A DNA stretch of 63,997 nucleotides, filler included, from Acidimicrobiia bacterium (lineage in GTDB: Bacteria > Actinomycetota > Acidimicrobiia > Spongiisociales > SHLN01), in assembly GCA_041619515.1 (NCBI GenBank). It is 3 parts of 3 records of this genome, joined end to end, with 100 filler letters (N's around TTAATTAATTAA, not from the genome) between each part and the next. Parts side by side here need not be neighbours in the genome. Positions count along the whole stretch, not along the records: positions 1 to 23,291 come from JBFKDW010000045.1; 2 more parts are not named here. The stretch is one strand, 5' to 3'. Shown here in pieces: positions 1 to 9,636 of this stretch; the stretch's first letter is position 1, and each line of letters starts with the position of its first letter. The translations under genes and the position numbers were made by a program. The notes under the pieces were generated by a model, which was not told the DNA's origin, made no database searches, and saw nothing but the letters and a program-made list of their open reading frames with translations.

Positions 1-210
1 GGGGAGTCCGGCGGAGCCGGGAGTGGGCGCGATTGTGGGTGGTTTCTCTCCCCCCGGAGGGGGGAGTCCGGCGGAGCCGGGAGTGGGCGCGATTGTGGGT
101 GGTTTCTCTCCCCCCGGAGGGGGGAGTCCGGCGGAGCCCGGCGAGGGGGCGCGATTGTGGGTGATCTCTCCCCCCGGAGGGGGGAGTCCGGCGTAGCCGG
201 GAGGGGGGCG
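1..210. repeat. Tandem array of about 3.5 copies of a 60-bp GC-rich double-hairpin (REP-like) unit
   Basis: 1-60 and 61-120 are identical; 121-180 and 181-210 are variants. Each unit holds CTCCCCCC-GGA-GGGGGGAG and CCGGC-GGA-GCCGG inverted repeats. Truncated by the window start. Confidence 0.9.
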
Positions 211-232
211 CATCCTCGGCTCCGGGTTCGAG

Positions 233-1747
233 TCAGCGCTCCCACTTCCGGCCGGTTGCGAGCTCGACACACTTGTAGGCGCCGTCGTAGATGCCAATCT
301 GTTTGTTCTTGACAATCGAGTCGCAGAACAGCTCCATGAGGTCGGTCTCCCGGGCGATGAGGTCGATGGCCTGGAGCGTCCTGGGAACGCTGCGGGTCTC
401 GATCGTGCCGTCGCCCAGCTCGGCGCTGCGAATGGCGCCCCAGGCTTCGTGAGCCCCCACGCGGGCGTTGAAGATCTTGGGGACCGGGTAGAAGGCCAGC
501 TCGCTCGGCTTCGTGATCATGACGTCGACCACCCGCATGAGGTAGTTGGTGGCATACACCCCGTGAAAGGTGTTGTCCGACAAGAACACGTGCAGCCCGG
601 TCGCGGTGCCGGTGCGAATCTCGTCGGCAAAGCCCCGGGCGTCCTCCCAGTCGAAATGGGTGCGGGCCGATGCTGCCGCCGATCCCAGCTCGCCTTTGAG
701 CCAGTCCCAGTTGTCGGCGTGATCACCCAGGTTGACGAAGAGGGTCAGCTCCTCGCGCTCGATCATCGGCCGGCAGTGCTCGATGATGGCATGGAACAGC
801 TCGCGCTGTGCTCCGGCGCCGCCCATCGTCAGCAGCAACCGGCGCGGTTCGCCGTTGGACATGCGGCGCAGTCTGGAGGCCGAATCCACCTCGATGTTCT
901 CGACCAGCTCGTGATCGACGTGATGGCCGACGTAGTAGAGGGCATCGGCGGGAGTCGGTTTGAGTATCCGGTCCTTCTCGTCGAACTGGTTCATGATCCG
1001 GAAGCCGTAATAGCCCGAGGGGGACTGCACTCCGTGTTTGGCGCCTTCGGTCAGCTGGAATGCCATCGGCCAGTTGTCGAACATCATGTCGACGACATTC
1101 GTCATTCCGCCCGCCACCGCTCCCATGCAGTTCCACATGTGGGAGGTGAGGATCGGCATGTCCGCCGGGAGCGCCCGGTGGAGACCGGCGAAGAGCTCGC
1201 TCTTCTTGTAGTCGCGGGCGTTGGCTTTCAGAAACCGCCAGGGCCATCCGATGGCGAAGTTGTTGAGCGCCCAGTTCAGCCCGGGCAAGGTGCGGTCGCC
1301 CGACGTGACCGACTCCCAGACGTATTTGTTGAACAGGCTGCTGCGCTGTGAGACCCGGGAATACTTGCTGTAGTTGGTGTTCCACCAGTTGATGGCGTCG
1401 GCTGTGATTCCCGGAATGGCGAGCAAGTCCAGCCAGTAGGGCGTGAACCCCATCGCCCGGGCCGCCGATGCTCCCGCCATCGCGATGCGGTAGTGGCCGA
1501 AACCCATCCTGATGGTGGAGATGATGAGCCCGGTCGCAGGATCGAGTGGCTCGCCCTCGCCATGGCGGACGATGTCTTTCAGCCCGAACACGTCACCGAG
1601 GTAGGCGTTGTCCTCGAGGCTCAACACGTATTCCTCGTCCGGGTCGTAGTCGAACTTGCGGACGAACATCTCCTGCCATTTGTCGGCCTTGCGCGAGTCC
1701 GATGGCGAGAGCTCATTGCCGTACAGGCTGAAGGGCTTGTTCGTCAT
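233..1747 (-). CDS. Uncharacterised GT-B fold glycosyltransferase, GT28 (UgtP/MGDG synthase)-like
   Basis: Motifs MGFGHYRIA, LLLTMGGAG, MITKPSEL and GAHEAWGA align by eye with UgtP G-x-GH, MAGxxG, MITKPGG and GQExxNA. SD AGGAGG upstream. Confidence 0.6.
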   Translation of the reverse strand: MTNKPFSLYGNELSPSDSRKADKWQEMFVRKFDYDPDEEYVLSLEDNAYLGDVFGLKDIVRHGEGEPLDPATGLIISTIRMGFGHYRIAMAGASAARAMGFTPYWLDLLAIPGITADAINWWNTNYSKYSRVSQRSSLFNKYVWESVTSGDRTLPGLNWALNNFAIGWPWRFLKANARDYKKSELFAGLHRALPADMPILTSHMWNCMGAVAGGMTNVVDMMFDNWPMAFQLTEGAKHGVQSPSGYYGFRIMNQFDEKDRILKPTPADALYYVGHHVDHELVENIEVDSASRLRRMSNGEPRRLLLTMGGAGAQRELFHAIIEHCRPMIEREELTLFVNLGDHADNWDWLKGELGSAAASARTHFDWEDARGFADEIRTGTATGLHVFLSDNTFHGVYATNYLMRVVDVMITKPSELAFYPVPKIFNARVGAHEAWGAIRSAELGDGTIETRSVPRTLQAIDLIARETDLMELFCDSIVKNKQIGIYDGAYKCVELATGRKWER

Positions 1748-1808
1748 CGGGAACCTCCTGTGCTCGTCGCCGAACTCGTGCAGGCTACGCTCGCTGCGAG
1801 ACGACCGC

Positions 1809-2933
1809 TCACGTCTCCCATCGTGCCTCGACTCCGTCGGCGGCGGAGACGACCCTGGCCGTGCCGCGGCTGCCGGTCTGCTCCTCGTACTCTGTGATCA
1901 CCCGCTCGACGAAGACCGTGGTCGCCTCGCGGTCGATCATCGCGACGCACGATCCGGCAAAGCCACCTCCGGTCTGGCGGGCCCCGAAGCACCCTGGTGA
2001 CCGCTGGGCGATTTGGGCCATCGCGTCCAGGGCGGGGGAGGAGACCTCGAAGTCGTCGCGCAAACTGGAGTGGCTCTCGGTCATGAGCCGGCCGACCGTG
2101 TCGGCATCTCCGGCCTGGAGGGCAGCCGCCGCCTCGGTAGTGCGCAGGTTCTCTCTCACGACGTGCCGGGCCCGTGCCCGCAGCGGTTCGGGGAGCCGGG
2201 CCACGTCGTGGAGGGTGGTCTCCCGCAGCAGGTCAACGCCGAGACTGTGTGCGGCAGCCTCGCAGTCGGATCTTCGATCGTTGTACTCGGAGCCCAGCAG
2301 CGACCTCCGGGTTCCCGTGTCGAGCACCACCACTGCCGCCGTTGGGATGAGCGACACGTCCACGCCGCTGAGGTCCCGGCAGTCGATGAGGCGTGCATGG
2401 CCGGCCCTCCCGGTGGCGCAGATGAGCTGGTCCATGATGCCCGAATTCATGCCCACCCACTCGTTTTCCGCTCGCTGGCCTACTAGGGCCATGGCTGCCG
2501 GATCCCAGGCAAGCCCCGAGCATTCGCTGAACACCCGGGCGGTGGCCAATTCGAGAGCGGCCGACGACGAGAGCCCGGCGCCGCGAGCCAGGTCGCTGGC
2601 GATGGCTCCCTCCCATCCCACCAGGGCCTCGGGCGCCAGCTGGGCCCCGACACCCTTCACGTATTCGCCCCACCCGGTGCCGGGCGAGATCGCGTCGAGC
2701 GAGAACTCAACCGGGTCGGCCTGGTCCTCCGAGGTCACCTGCACCCGTCGATCCGATCGGGGACGGGCGGCGATCACCAGGTCGGCGTCGATGGCCATGG
2801 GAAGAACGAAGCCGCCGTTGTAGTCGGTGTGATCGCCGATCAGGTTGACCCGTCCCGGGGCCCGCACCAGCAACGCCGGGTCGGCCTCGTAGGCCGCTCG
2901 AAACCGACGGACGGCCCGGTCGGCAGCGTTCAC
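1809..2933 (-). CDS. galK: Galactokinase
   Basis: APGRVNLIGDHTDYNGG, GAGLSSSAALE, SGIMDQ and TGGGFAG motifs. GTG start overlaps the GH1 stop (GTGA). Confidence 0.95.
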   Translation of the reverse strand: MNAADRAVRRFRAAYEADPALLVRAPGRVNLIGDHTDYNGGFVLPMAIDADLVIAARPRSDRRVQVTSEDQADPVEFSLDAISPGTGWGEYVKGVGAQLAPEALVGWEGAIASDLARGAGLSSSAALELATARVFSECSGLAWDPAAMALVGQRAENEWVGMNSGIMDQLICATGRAGHARLIDCRDLSGVDVSLIPTAAVVVLDTGTRRSLLGSEYNDRRSDCEAAAHSLGVDLLRETTLHDVARLPEPLRARARHVVRENLRTTEAAAALQAGDADTVGRLMTESHSSLRDDFEVSSPALDAMAQIAQRSPGCFGARQTGGGFAGSCVAMIDREATTVFVERVITEYEEQTGSRGTARVVSAADGVEARWET

Positions 2934-4258
2934 GGGGTGTGGCCTGCGATGAAGGATGTGAACCAATGGGCACTGTCTTTGAGCAGTCGGCGCTGCGTGT
3001 CGTAGTCGGTCCATACCAGCCCAAAGCGCTGGGAGTATCCATGCGCCCATTCGAAGTTGTCGAGCAGTGACCACACGAAATACCCGCGCAACGGCACGCC
3101 GGCCGCCATCGCCTCTGCCGCAGCTTCAAAGTGACGCTCGAGATACCGGCGGCGGCCCGCATCGTGGACGGCCCCCTCCACCACTTCGTCCGGCAGCGCC
3201 ACCCCGTTCTCCGTGATGTAGGTGGGGGGCAGCTCGTAGTCATCGGAGAACCTCGTGAGCAGGTCGGTGAGGCCGCGCGGGTAGATCTCCCACCCCATGG
3301 TGGTGCGAGGCAGGTCGGCCTCGGTGAGCGGCCGGGGACGTTGCGAATCGTCGACCATCTCGTCCCCCATGATCGTCCGGCTGTAGTAGTTGATTCCGAG
3401 GTGGTCGTTCGGCTGAGAGATGACGGCAAGATCCCCGCTGCGAACCGCGGCGTGATCCCATCCGGAGTGCTCCACCGCCATTTCCGGATAGTGCCCGAGC
3501 AGGATCGGGTCGAGGTACCACCGGTTTTTGAGGGCGTGGCCCAGCTCTGCGGCCCGTTCGTCTGCCGGATGGGTCGAGCGGGGTACCGGGGCAACGACAT
3601 GATTTGCGATCCCGACCCGTGCGTGAGAGGCCTCCGCCCGCACGGCTTGGACGGCGAGACCGTGGGCGAGCAGGAGGTGATGGGCGGCGTCCCAGGCCTC
3701 CGCCCGATCGCGGCGCCCGGGTGCGTGCTCACCGAGGGCGTAGCCCAGCTCGGCCACACACCAGGGCTCGTTGATCGTCCACCAGTCCTCCACGCGATCG
3801 CCAAGACGTCTCACAACCACCGAGGCGTACTCGGCAAAGGCGTATGCCGTTTCCCGCTCAGGCCAGCCGCCCTCGTCTTCCAGAGCCTGGGGAAGGTCCC
3901 AGTGATAGAGGGTGGGGTACGGCCTGATGCCTGCTTCCAGGAGGCCGTCTACCAGCCGGTCGTAGAACCCGAGGCCGGCAGGGTTCACCTTGCCGACTCC
4001 GTCGGGCACGATGCGGGGCCAGGCGATCGAGAACCGATACCCGCCGATTCCGAGCTCCCGCATGATGGCGATATCGTCCCTCCATCGGCGGTAGTGGTCG
4101 CAGGCCACCTCGGCGGTGTCGCCGTTGGCGATCCGACCCGGTGTCTGCGAGAAACGGTCCCAAATGCTCTCGCCGCGCCCGTCGGCGTCGACCGCCCCCT
4201 CGATCTGAAAAGCGGCGGTGGCCACACCCCAAACGAAGTCCGCGGGGAAGCTGGTCAT
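2930..4258 (-). CDS. GH1 beta-glucosidase/beta-galactosidase
   Basis: FVWGVATAAFQIEG, TINEP (acid/base), ITENG (nucleophile) and WSLLDNFEW. Confidence 0.95.
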   Translation of the reverse strand: MTSFPADFVWGVATAAFQIEGAVDADGRGESIWDRFSQTPGRIANGDTAEVACDHYRRWRDDIAIMRELGIGGYRFSIAWPRIVPDGVGKVNPAGLGFYDRLVDGLLEAGIRPYPTLYHWDLPQALEDEGGWPERETAYAFAEYASVVVRRLGDRVEDWWTINEPWCVAELGYALGEHAPGRRDRAEAWDAAHHLLLAHGLAVQAVRAEASHARVGIANHVVAPVPRSTHPADERAAELGHALKNRWYLDPILLGHYPEMAVEHSGWDHAAVRSGDLAVISQPNDHLGINYYSRTIMGDEMVDDSQRPRPLTEADLPRTTMGWEIYPRGLTDLLTRFSDDYELPPTYITENGVALPDEVVEGAVHDAGRRRYLERHFEAAAEAMAAGVPLRGYFVWSLLDNFEWAHGYSQRFGLVWTDYDTQRRLLKDSAHWFTSFIAGHTP

Positions 4259-4262
4259 GGGC

Positions 4263-5309
4263 TCAGCGGTCCCGGGTCAGGTAATGCTCGGTCGGGAGGT
4301 CGCGCAAACGGCGGGCGGCCTCCTCCGCGGTCAGGTCGCGCTGGGCTTCTGCCAGCAACTCGTACCCGACCATGTACTTGCGGACGCTCGCGGACCGCAG
4401 CAGCGGCGGATAGGCGTGGGCGTGCAACTGCCAGTGCTCGGCGGATTCTGCGCCGAACGGAGCGCCGTGCCATCCCATCGAGTACGGGAACGGCGCCTCG
4501 AAGACGTTGTCGTAGCGCGTCAGGAGCGAGCGAAGCGCTTCGACCAGACGTTTCTTCTGGCCGGCGCCGAGATCGGGCAGGCGGCGCGTCGGCCGGCGGG
4601 GGATCAGGAGCGTCTCGTAGGGCCAGACCGCCCAGTAGGGCACGATTGCCAGCCACTCGTCGTTTTGGAACACCACCCGGGTCCCCTCGGCCGCCTCGGC
4701 GTCGGCGTAGTCGAGCAGCAGCGGCGCCCCGTGGCGGGCGGCGTAGGCCGCCTGGTTGGCGTCCTCGGCCTCGATGAGCGACGGGAGGGAGGTCCCGGCC
4801 CAGATCTGGCCGTGCGGATGAGGGTTGGAGGCTCCCATCGCTTCGCCCTTGTTCTCGAATACCTGGACCCACCGGTAGTCCCGGCCCAACTCCTCGCTCT
4901 GCGCCGCCCACAGGTCGATCACTCCCAGCATCTCGACGTCGTCGAGCTGAACCAGGCTCAGATCATGGCGGGGAGAGAAGCAAATCACCCGACACGTGCC
5001 GGCCTGGCGCTCACTGCGAAAGAAGGGGGCTGCTTCGACTTGCTTCGGCCCCGGTTCGGGCAGCAGTGCCGGGAAATCGTTGGTGAAGACGAAGGTCCCG
5101 GTGTACTCCGGGTTGACCACGCCTCCGGCCCGGGTCGACCCCGGGCACAAATAGCATCCCGGATCCCGGCGTTCCCGGTCCTGGTCGGCGGCGGCTTCGG
5201 TGCCTCCGAGCCAGGGCCGGTTGGTGCGATGCGCCGAGACCAGCACCCACTCGCCGCTGAGTGGATTGAACCGCCGGTGGGGCGTTCGGAACTCCGGCGC
5301 GGCCCTCAT
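4263..5309 (-). CDS. galT: Galactose-1-phosphate uridylyltransferase
   Basis: HRRFNPL, CYLCPG, FTNDFPAL and GASNPHPHGQ. Confidence 0.95.
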   Translation of the reverse strand: MRAAPEFRTPHRRFNPLSGEWVLVSAHRTNRPWLGGTEAAADQDRERRDPGCYLCPGSTRAGGVVNPEYTGTFVFTNDFPALLPEPGPKQVEAAPFFRSERQAGTCRVICFSPRHDLSLVQLDDVEMLGVIDLWAAQSEELGRDYRWVQVFENKGEAMGASNPHPHGQIWAGTSLPSLIEAEDANQAAYAARHGAPLLLDYADAEAAEGTRVVFQNDEWLAIVPYWAVWPYETLLIPRRPTRRLPDLGAGQKKRLVEALRSLLTRYDNVFEAPFPYSMGWHGAPFGAESAEHWQLHAHAYPPLLRSASVRKYMVGYELLAEAQRDLTAEEAARRLRDLPTEHYLTRDR

Positions 5310-6718
5310 CCTGCCACCCTCCACTGCGGCTCCCGATTCCCGGCCGACATGATCGGCTCGAAGTCGACGTCGTGTTCGCCAACGTGCCAGCGGTAGCGAG
5401 CGCGTTGTTCGACGTCGGGGTGTTGGATGAGAAAAGCCGCCAGCGCCTCCCGCTCGTTGTCCGTCAGCGAGGCGGGGGTGTCCGATGTTCCCTTGAAACC
5501 TGCGATCTCGGCCAGGAACCGGATATGGCGAGCGGTGAGGGTGCTCAGCTCGGTCTTCCGGAAATAGACGACGTCTGGGTCGGTGTCGATGGCCGGTGCC
5601 AGCCAGAGGCGGTGTGCGCTGGTCACCATTGCTCGGCCGGCCGAGGCGTAGGTCCCGTCATCCCAACTCGGGCCGACATCCGGTCCGATCCGAATGCCGT
5701 CGAACACTCCAATCGATTCGAGAATCGGTGCCCCGCACGCCAGCAAGTAGGTGTCTTTGCCCACCGCCGCTCGCAGGTGGCGGCAGGCGTTGCGAAATGC
5801 CTCGGCCCTGGACGTCGGTTCGGCGTGCTCGCCGGGGAGGGCGCCTGCGTATATGAAGTCGAGCTTGAAGAAGTCGTAGCCGGCCCGGGAGAGTTCCGAG
5901 AGAACCGCGGCCAGGTGCTCCCGCGTTTCCCGGTGTGTGACGTCCAGTGCCCAGTACGGGCCTCCCCAATTGACGCCTGCCACCACCGGGTCGCCGGCCG
6001 CGGTGCGAAGCAGCAGCTCGGGCCGTTCGGTGGCGAGGCGGGATTGGGGTGCGACAATGAAGGGAGCGAGCCACAGCCCGGCTCGACGGCCCCCGGCGCG
6101 GATGCGGTCTGCCATATCCGCCATGCCGGAAGGGAAATCGTCATTCGGCTCCCAGTCGCCGATGGCTTGCTGCCATCCGTCGTCCACCTGGATGATGTCG
6201 AGCTCGAGTCCGTCCAAGCCGGCGATCGCTTCGTGCATCTTGCGCTCAGTCACATCCTCGTAGAACGAATACCACGACGCCCACAGCCGCACGCCCGACC
6301 CGCCCCGTCGTCCGAGCCGTTCGGCCAGCAGCCGGGCGTAGCGATCGAAGGTCTCGACCTCGCCACCGTCCAGCGACACCCAGGGCCCGGCACCGTCTTC
6401 GTAGGTGCCCACCAGCCGGCCATCCTCGAGGTGCACCCAGGCGCCGCCCGCCAGTGCCCCCAGCAGGGTGATCGAGCCGTCGCGGTGCTCGACGGCCCCG
6501 AGGCCGCTCCCTCCGGGGACCGTGTCCAAGGCGTGGACGGGATCGGCATGACCCATCCGCGCAATGGGGTCGGCAATTGGTGGGGATGGGTGGCTCGGGT
6601 CGATCCATCTGGATTCACACCACGAGTGCCAGCCGTGCTGGTAGAACCCGACCACGTTGGTCACGGGGATCTCCATCCTCCCGGCCTCAACGACCTCCGG
6701 TCCCACCGTGCCGTTCAC
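5306..6718 (-). CDS. GH36 alpha-galactosidase
   Basis: GWHSW, WASWY, QVDDGWQ, GLWLAPF, FKLDF and RIGPDV. Start is either GTG 6718 or ATG 6676. Confidence 0.88.
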   Translation of the reverse strand: MNGTVGPEVVEAGRMEIPVTNVVGFYQHGWHSWCESRWIDPSHPSPPIADPIARMGHADPVHALDTVPGGSGLGAVEHRDGSITLLGALAGGAWVHLEDGRLVGTYEDGAGPWVSLDGGEVETFDRYARLLAERLGRRGGSGVRLWASWYSFYEDVTERKMHEAIAGLDGLELDIIQVDDGWQQAIGDWEPNDDFPSGMADMADRIRAGGRRAGLWLAPFIVAPQSRLATERPELLLRTAAGDPVVAGVNWGGPYWALDVTHRETREHLAAVLSELSRAGYDFFKLDFIYAGALPGEHAEPTSRAEAFRNACRHLRAAVGKDTYLLACGAPILESIGVFDGIRIGPDVGPSWDDGTYASAGRAMVTSAHRLWLAPAIDTDPDVVYFRKTELSTLTARHIRFLAEIAGFKGTSDTPASLTDNEREALAAFLIQHPDVEQRARYRWHVGEHDVDFEPIMSAGNREPQWRVAG

Positions 6719-6776
6719 TCCACCGCCTCGACCGGTCACGTCAGGTTCCGCCCTTCGGCCATTGCTGCGGCATGTG

Positions 6777-8015
6777 TCACTTGATACCGGACGAGGCAAC
6801 GCTCTCGACGAAGTACTTCTGGGCGAACACGAACACGGTGAACGGAATGATCACCGACAGCACGATGGCGGCAAATATCAGGTTGGGGCCCTCGCCTGCC
6901 TGTCCGCCGAGGGTCTGGAGCGCAATGGTGAGCACGAAGTCATCGGAGTTGGCGCCGTTGATCGACACCAGCGGCCAGATGAACGAGTTCCACGCGTACA
7001 GGAACATGAACGTCGCCAGGGTGGCGATTGCCGGCCACGACAGCGGCACGAAGATCGTCCACAGGACCTTCCAACGCTTGGCCCCGTCGATGAAGGCGGC
7101 CTCCTCGAGATCCTTGGGAATCGAGACGAAGAATTGCCGCATGAGGAACGTGCCGTAGGCGTTGAAGATGAATGGCCACACCAGCGACCCCAGGGTGTTG
7201 GCCCAGCCGAGGGAAACCATCAGCCGGAAGAGCGGGATGATCAGGACGACGAACGGGATCATGGTCGAGCCCAGAAAGGCGACGAAGATCTTGTCGCGCC
7301 CTGCAAAGCGGATGCGGGAGAAGGCGAACCCACCGACGATGGACGTGAAGAGTGTGCCTGCAACCACCAGCACCGTGACCAGGATCGTGTTGGTCAACGA
7401 TCGGTCGAAATCCCGCAATTCGATGATGTCGCGGAAGTTCTGCCACTGGGGGTCCACGGTCTCGGCGCGGGAAGCCGTGCGCACCACCGCAAAGGTCTCC
7501 ACCGAAGCATCCTCGAGGCCGACGAACCGACCGACCGCAGTGTTCCGAGTGAGTGCCAGCTCGGCGATTTCATCTCCGAGGCGGACCGAGTAGATCGGCA
7601 GCGTTTCGCCCTCCATGGTGGTCGTCCTGCCGGTGTCGGTCGCCAGGTCGAGGGGCCAGGCCACGGTCGCTTCGATATCGTCGAGGCTGGCGAACAGGCC
7701 GGCCGGCACCCCCGATTCCGCCAGGTAGACCGTCCGGGTCCCGGCGCCGGGCACGTCCACCGAGTACAGATCCACCTCGGCGCCGTCGATCTCGGTGGTC
7801 GACGGTGTGCGGGGCAGGATCTTGGGCGGGTATCGGAAGGTGTCTTCGGGTGTCTTGAGCGCTGCCGCCGCCATGAAGAAGAACGGGAACAACATGGCGG
7901 CTGCGAACCCGAGGAGGACGAGATAGGCGGCTCCTCTGCCGACGATCAGACGGAGGATTCGCTTTCGTCGTTCAGCACGGGCCTGGTCCGACGTGTTTTC
8001 GGCCGGTGTCGTCAT
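6777..8015 (-). CDS. Carbohydrate ABC transporter permease (MalG-like) with a large extracytoplasmic insertion
   Basis: EAA motif DLEEAAFIDGA, WNSFIWP and FAQKYFV. ATG overlaps the upstream stop. Confidence 0.9.
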   Translation of the reverse strand: MTTPAENTSDQARAERRKRILRLIVGRGAAYLVLLGFAAAMLFPFFFMAAAALKTPEDTFRYPPKILPRTPSTTEIDGAEVDLYSVDVPGAGTRTVYLAESGVPAGLFASLDDIEATVAWPLDLATDTGRTTTMEGETLPIYSVRLGDEIAELALTRNTAVGRFVGLEDASVETFAVVRTASRAETVDPQWQNFRDIIELRDFDRSLTNTILVTVLVVAGTLFTSIVGGFAFSRIRFAGRDKIFVAFLGSTMIPFVVLIIPLFRLMVSLGWANTLGSLVWPFIFNAYGTFLMRQFFVSIPKDLEEAAFIDGAKRWKVLWTIFVPLSWPAIATLATFMFLYAWNSFIWPLVSINGANSDDFVLTIALQTLGGQAGEGPNLIFAAIVLSVIIPFTVFVFAQKYFVESVASSGIK

Positions 8016-9568
8016 GAGCCCACCTCCTCCCGGCTTCTCCAGAAATACAGGAGGGTGATGCCGAATATGAGGATGAAGAGCGCCCAGGCCACCGCCGCGC
8101 CGTACCCGATCTTGAATTGCGTGAAGGCGTTCTGGTACAGGTAGATGCCGGGCGTCAGAGTCGAGTTCCCCGGCCCTGAGGGCGGCGACGGCGACTGGAG
8201 TATGAACGGCTCGTTGAAGAGCTGCAGGGCCAGGATGGTGGTCGTGACCATGACGAAAACGGTGGTGGGCCGCAGCATCGGGACCGTGATGTTGCGGAAC
8301 TTTCTCCAGGGGCCGGCGCCGTCTATCTCGGCTGCCTCGTACAGGGCCCCGTCGATGCCCTGCATGCCCGCCACGTACAGAACGGTGTTGAAGCCGATAG
8401 TTTGCCAAACGAACAAGATGATGACCGCATAGAGCGCGATCGAGTCGTCGGAGATCCACTGTGGTTGTGGGGCCTCCAGTGCCGTGTTGAACAGCGAGTT
8501 GCCCCAATCTGTGACTTTGAGAATGATGAAGTTGAGATACCCGACCGTCGAGTTGTAGAGCTGTTTCCAGATGAGGGTGACACCGACCACCCCGGCGATC
8601 GACGGCAGGAAGTAAACGGCCCGGAAGAACTTCATGCCGGGCAGTTTCGAGTTCAAGAGCGCCGCCAACAGCAGTGCTGGGATCACCGCAAGGGGAATCG
8701 CGATCAGGCCGAATACGAGGATGTTGCGGATCGCCCGTAGAAAGAGGTCGTCGGACAGCAGATCGATGTAATTCTGCAGGCCGACGAACTTCGCATCGGT
8801 GAGGCCGTCCCATTCGGTGAAGCTGATGAACAGCGAGACGATGAGCGGACCGGCGAAGAACGTCAGGAAGCCGAGCAGGCTGGGGGCGACGAACAGCATG
8901 CCGTCCATCGTCTCGCTCTGCTGCTGGGTGGTCCCAAACCAGCTGAGGGCGGCGTCCGACCACAGGAGCCGGGCGAATGCTCCGGCCGCAACCGCGATGA
9001 TCGCAAGCACGATCACGTCGCCCTGGACGATGCGACGGGCGAACTCCACTACCCCGGGTATCAGCCCCATGGACAGCACCAGGATGGCCACTCCCGCCAG
9101 CATCAACCACCGCGCCACCAGCTTGAGGTTCTGCTCAGCAGCTCCCGTCCTCGGCGCGAAGCTGGAGAGGAGCCAACCGACGGCGATGATGCCGATCCAG
9201 GCCACGCTGCGGTTGAATGCTTCCCCGACCGCGTCGAGCCCGGTGAACATGTCCATCCGGTTGAGGGCGATGAAACCCAGGATCATCGCCAGCAGGAAGT
9301 CGATGATGAAGCCCGCCAATCGCCCGAGATGGACTCGCTGCAACGTGGCGCGGATGGCGATCACAGCGCCGACGGCGGCACCGAGGAGGGCGATCAGCAG
9401 CGTCCATCGGACGGGCCCGTCCAGCACGATGCCACGCCGGATGGCCGTTGCTACGAGCGCAGCCACGATGAGGACTGCCGTAAGCACCCGCCAGATCACG
9501 AGCGGGCGGAGCCAGGGGGGCTCGACGACGCCGGTGACCGGGGGACTGGTGGTGGTGGCGGTGGTCAT
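8012..9568 (-). CDS. Carbohydrate ABC transporter permease (MalF-like) with an extra N-terminal membrane domain
   Basis: FVGLQNY, LYEAAEIDGA and GYGAA. About 210 additional hydrophobic residues at the N-terminus. Confidence 0.9.
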   Translation of the reverse strand: MTTATTTSPPVTGVVEPPWLRPLVIWRVLTAVLIVAALVATAIRRGIVLDGPVRWTLLIALLGAAVGAVIAIRATLQRVHLGRLAGFIIDFLLAMILGFIALNRMDMFTGLDAVGEAFNRSVAWIGIIAVGWLLSSFAPRTGAAEQNLKLVARWLMLAGVAILVLSMGLIPGVVEFARRIVQGDVIVLAIIAVAAGAFARLLWSDAALSWFGTTQQQSETMDGMLFVAPSLLGFLTFFAGPLIVSLFISFTEWDGLTDAKFVGLQNYIDLLSDDLFLRAIRNILVFGLIAIPLAVIPALLLAALLNSKLPGMKFFRAVYFLPSIAGVVGVTLIWKQLYNSTVGYLNFIILKVTDWGNSLFNTALEAPQPQWISDDSIALYAVIILFVWQTIGFNTVLYVAGMQGIDGALYEAAEIDGAGPWRKFRNITVPMLRPTTVFVMVTTTILALQLFNEPFILQSPSPPSGPGNSTLTPGIYLYQNAFTQFKIGYGAAVAWALFILIFGITLLYFWRSREEVGS

Positions 9569-9636
9569 AACACCTCCTGGGCTACGTTCGGTTGGTGAGC
9601 GGGGACCGGGCTGGCGCCCGGTCCCCGCTTGGTTCG

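Noticed and set aside
1..210. CRISPR array
   Set aside because: The sequences between repeats are nearly identical rather than unique spacers, and no cas genes are present.
6777..9110. 777-aa fused permease, and similar over-extended ORFs for rpoA, menA and drrB
   Set aside because: The extensions are alternate-frame read-back into upstream genes. Real starts overlap or closely follow the upstream stops.
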